From Antedon mediterranea (taxonomy: Eukaryota > Animalia > Echinodermata): DNA of 64,000 nt. The position numbers and the translations under genes are program-made. The DNA is taken from assembly GCF_964355755.1 (NCBI RefSeq), contig NC_092672.1, positions 38,136,437-38,200,436 on the forward strand, in the 5' to 3' direction. Each line of letters starts with the position of its first letter. The first letter of the stretch is position 1. The notes below the pieces were generated by a model. It was given only the letters and a program-made list of their open reading frames with translations, did no database searches and had not been told where the DNA came from. Below are positions 61,943 to 64,000 of this stretch, one piece after another.

Positions 61943-63580
61943 ATTGAGCACAAGGGCCACTAAGCATGAATTGTGTCTAGTTTTTGCTGCTGAGGCGTGG
62001 GCTTAGGATCGTAATAGGTTGTAATGTGGGCGTAGGTTTACCGCTTGAATGAAAACCACTTTAGCAAAGCTAAATGTGTCTTATATTTTGGGTTTCTTGG
62101 CACGCAAAGCAACTCACAAAAGAATTGTTTCTATTCATACTGAAAAGAGTTTTTAAACTTAACTAAAGTTTTCACTTCACTTTTTTCCAAAATCACAAGA
62201 TTCTAATCTTTTTGGGATTTGCCTTCGTCCATTTTCTTGTATTATCACTTGCCATTTTGTTTTTGTTACTTTTGTCTTCTGGACGTGAATAAAATGTTCT
62301 TTGAATTGAATCATAATTATTTTACTTAACAATTTTAAATTGATAAAGTTTAAAGTGTTAATAATAATAATATGAAAAGAAATAGGACAACCACGAACAA
62401 GCAAAAGCATTACAACTGTGGCGCCCTTTAGAAATAAAAAAAATATATATTTCAATAATATGCATGAAAGAATAGACATTTAGTGATAACAATTTATTAT
62501 AGTACTGCAAGATAATAAATACTAAACTATAATAAATAATTTAACAAAATAGTAAGTGTGTAAATAATAATAAATAATGATGATTGTGACCTCCAGTCAC
62601 GTGTAAAAGGCAAATAACAGAAACTTGTAACGCGTTATTGTGTCAAACGGTTTTAACTGAAATTTAATAGAAAAAATAAACAAGAATTAACATCAAAATA
62701 CTAATTAAGCACTGTATTGTACATACTGATGATTTCTATAGTCAATTCCTTTATATAACATATAAACAATCTTATTGGCCTATTCTGCAGCTGCGCACTA
62801 CTTGTGCTCAGTCAAGCGTAACGAACATAATTCTGCACGCCGTGATAACTCACATGGTCTATCCATGAAGAATTCTATATTGAAATATAAGTTTCCAATT
62901 ACATAGCTAAACTAACTACACATGAACTACTAAAATGTTGATCACATAAACTACAATATCGTGGGTAAATCTACCACAGAATACGATGAATGTCAATCAT
63001 AATATATAAAGTTATAATATAATTAAAAGCTTCCAACTAATCTAGTCAGGCGAACAGCGCTAATCGCATCCTTTAGGCTAGCATAATGCTGTACACAATG
63101 GATGGTAACAATCAAGGATGATCGAAACTTAAACTTACAAAATAAAGAAAACTATAAAGTTACAAATACTAAATCTTACGTCATATGATTCCTAAGTTAT
63201 TAATTAAATGTATGATAATAATTAAATGCATATAAAAACATACATCTATCTGCGACTATGCCTTTTGGAATGAAACATGGTGAAGATGACTGCTCACTTT
63301 CGGAGAAAACAACACAGTAACCTCGGTAACATGAGAAGCAAGAAAGGTAATTTAAAAATAAAGTATGGGACGCCAAATGCGTCGTACTCAAGCTGTAACA
63401 ATGATAACATTTTTTCTCTGCAAATAAGACAGATTTTTTTTAAATTAATGATATATTTTATATATATATAAACAAATCAGGCAAAGAACATTAATTCTAA
63501 ACCGCCCGGTAATATACTGAAATTTAATTAATTAATTTGAAACGATAAAGATGAGGAAATCTGTGAGAATGAGAAAAAGT

Positions 63581-63652
63581 CGCCCCAACCGAGACTCGAA
63601 CTCGGACCGCCTGCTTGATATGCAGATGTCCTACCCATTAGACCACTGGGGC
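63581..63652 (-). tRNA. tRNA-like gene with complete cloverleaf, anticodon ATC (nominally Asp), Arg-like 5' half
   Basis: GCCCCAG-TG-GTCT-AATGGGTA-GGAC-A-TCTGC-ATATCAA-GCAGG-CGGT-CCGAG-TTCGAGT-CTCGG-TTGGGGC-G; all four stems pair; T5 terminator 2 nt downstream (63574-63578). Confidence 0.65.
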
Positions 63653-63875
63653 TTTCATGATATTGTTCGAACTCGATATATATATATTTTTAGATCGTCT
63701 GATTCCACACCTTCGAGAAACCTTGACGGCCAACATTGATATGCTTCAGATCTATAACAAGATCTATTTCGAGTGTTATAATCATGATATGAGTCGAAGG
63801 TGTGGAAACATCCATCAAGTTGACTTTGAACTTGAACAGCACTTTAGCTTCTGGTTGATCAACTCAACTCAACTT

Positions 63876-64000
63876 ATAATAATAATAATAATAATAATGT
63901 TCATTTTACTACAGCGCAAAATCAACAGAAAAAAGAAGAGCAAAAACTAAAGAAAATACAAATTAAAAAGGTGGGATTTCAGGAGTTGTTTGAATGTGGT
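63876..64000 (-). mobile_element. 3' end of an L2/CR1-clade LINE
   Basis: Minus strand reads TTFKQLLKSHLFNLYFL* (FKxxLKT/SHLF ORF2 C-terminus), short 3'UTR, (ATT)n tail at 63876-63898. Confidence 0.7.

Overview
Eukaryotic, AT-rich, intron-rich animal genomic DNA; the repeat families suggest an invertebrate deuterostome (inference only). 1-43666 (+) is the 3' part of one giant spliced gene: I traced 74 GT-AG exons in continuous phase, >5,600 aa within the window, with the N-terminus lying upstream. It encodes a type-I membrane protein of the FCGBP/zonadhesin/alpha-tectorin kind: [VWD(GDPH)-C8-TIL-TILa/EGF-like] x>=11, an acidic Thr-rich mucin, TIL-EGF, a 12th VWD-C8-TIL unit, a second mucin, two FN3 domains (the second with an RRRKR furin-type site), a TM helix and a Tyr-motif-rich tail. 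The first 15.1 kb is a tandem array of ~1722-bp five-exon units that are almost identical, introns included. An intron of this gene holds ~73 copies of a 62-bp minisatellite. From 45582 (+) an MFSD6-like transporter gene starts (2 coding exons seen). Its introns contain a ~1.25-kb near-perfect palindrome, a probable P-element excision footprint, a SINE, Harbinger- and Kolobok-type MITEs, a fully folding tRNA-like gene with an odd ATC anticodon, and an L2/CR1 LINE 3' end. All coordinates were read by eye; repeat boundaries are approximate.
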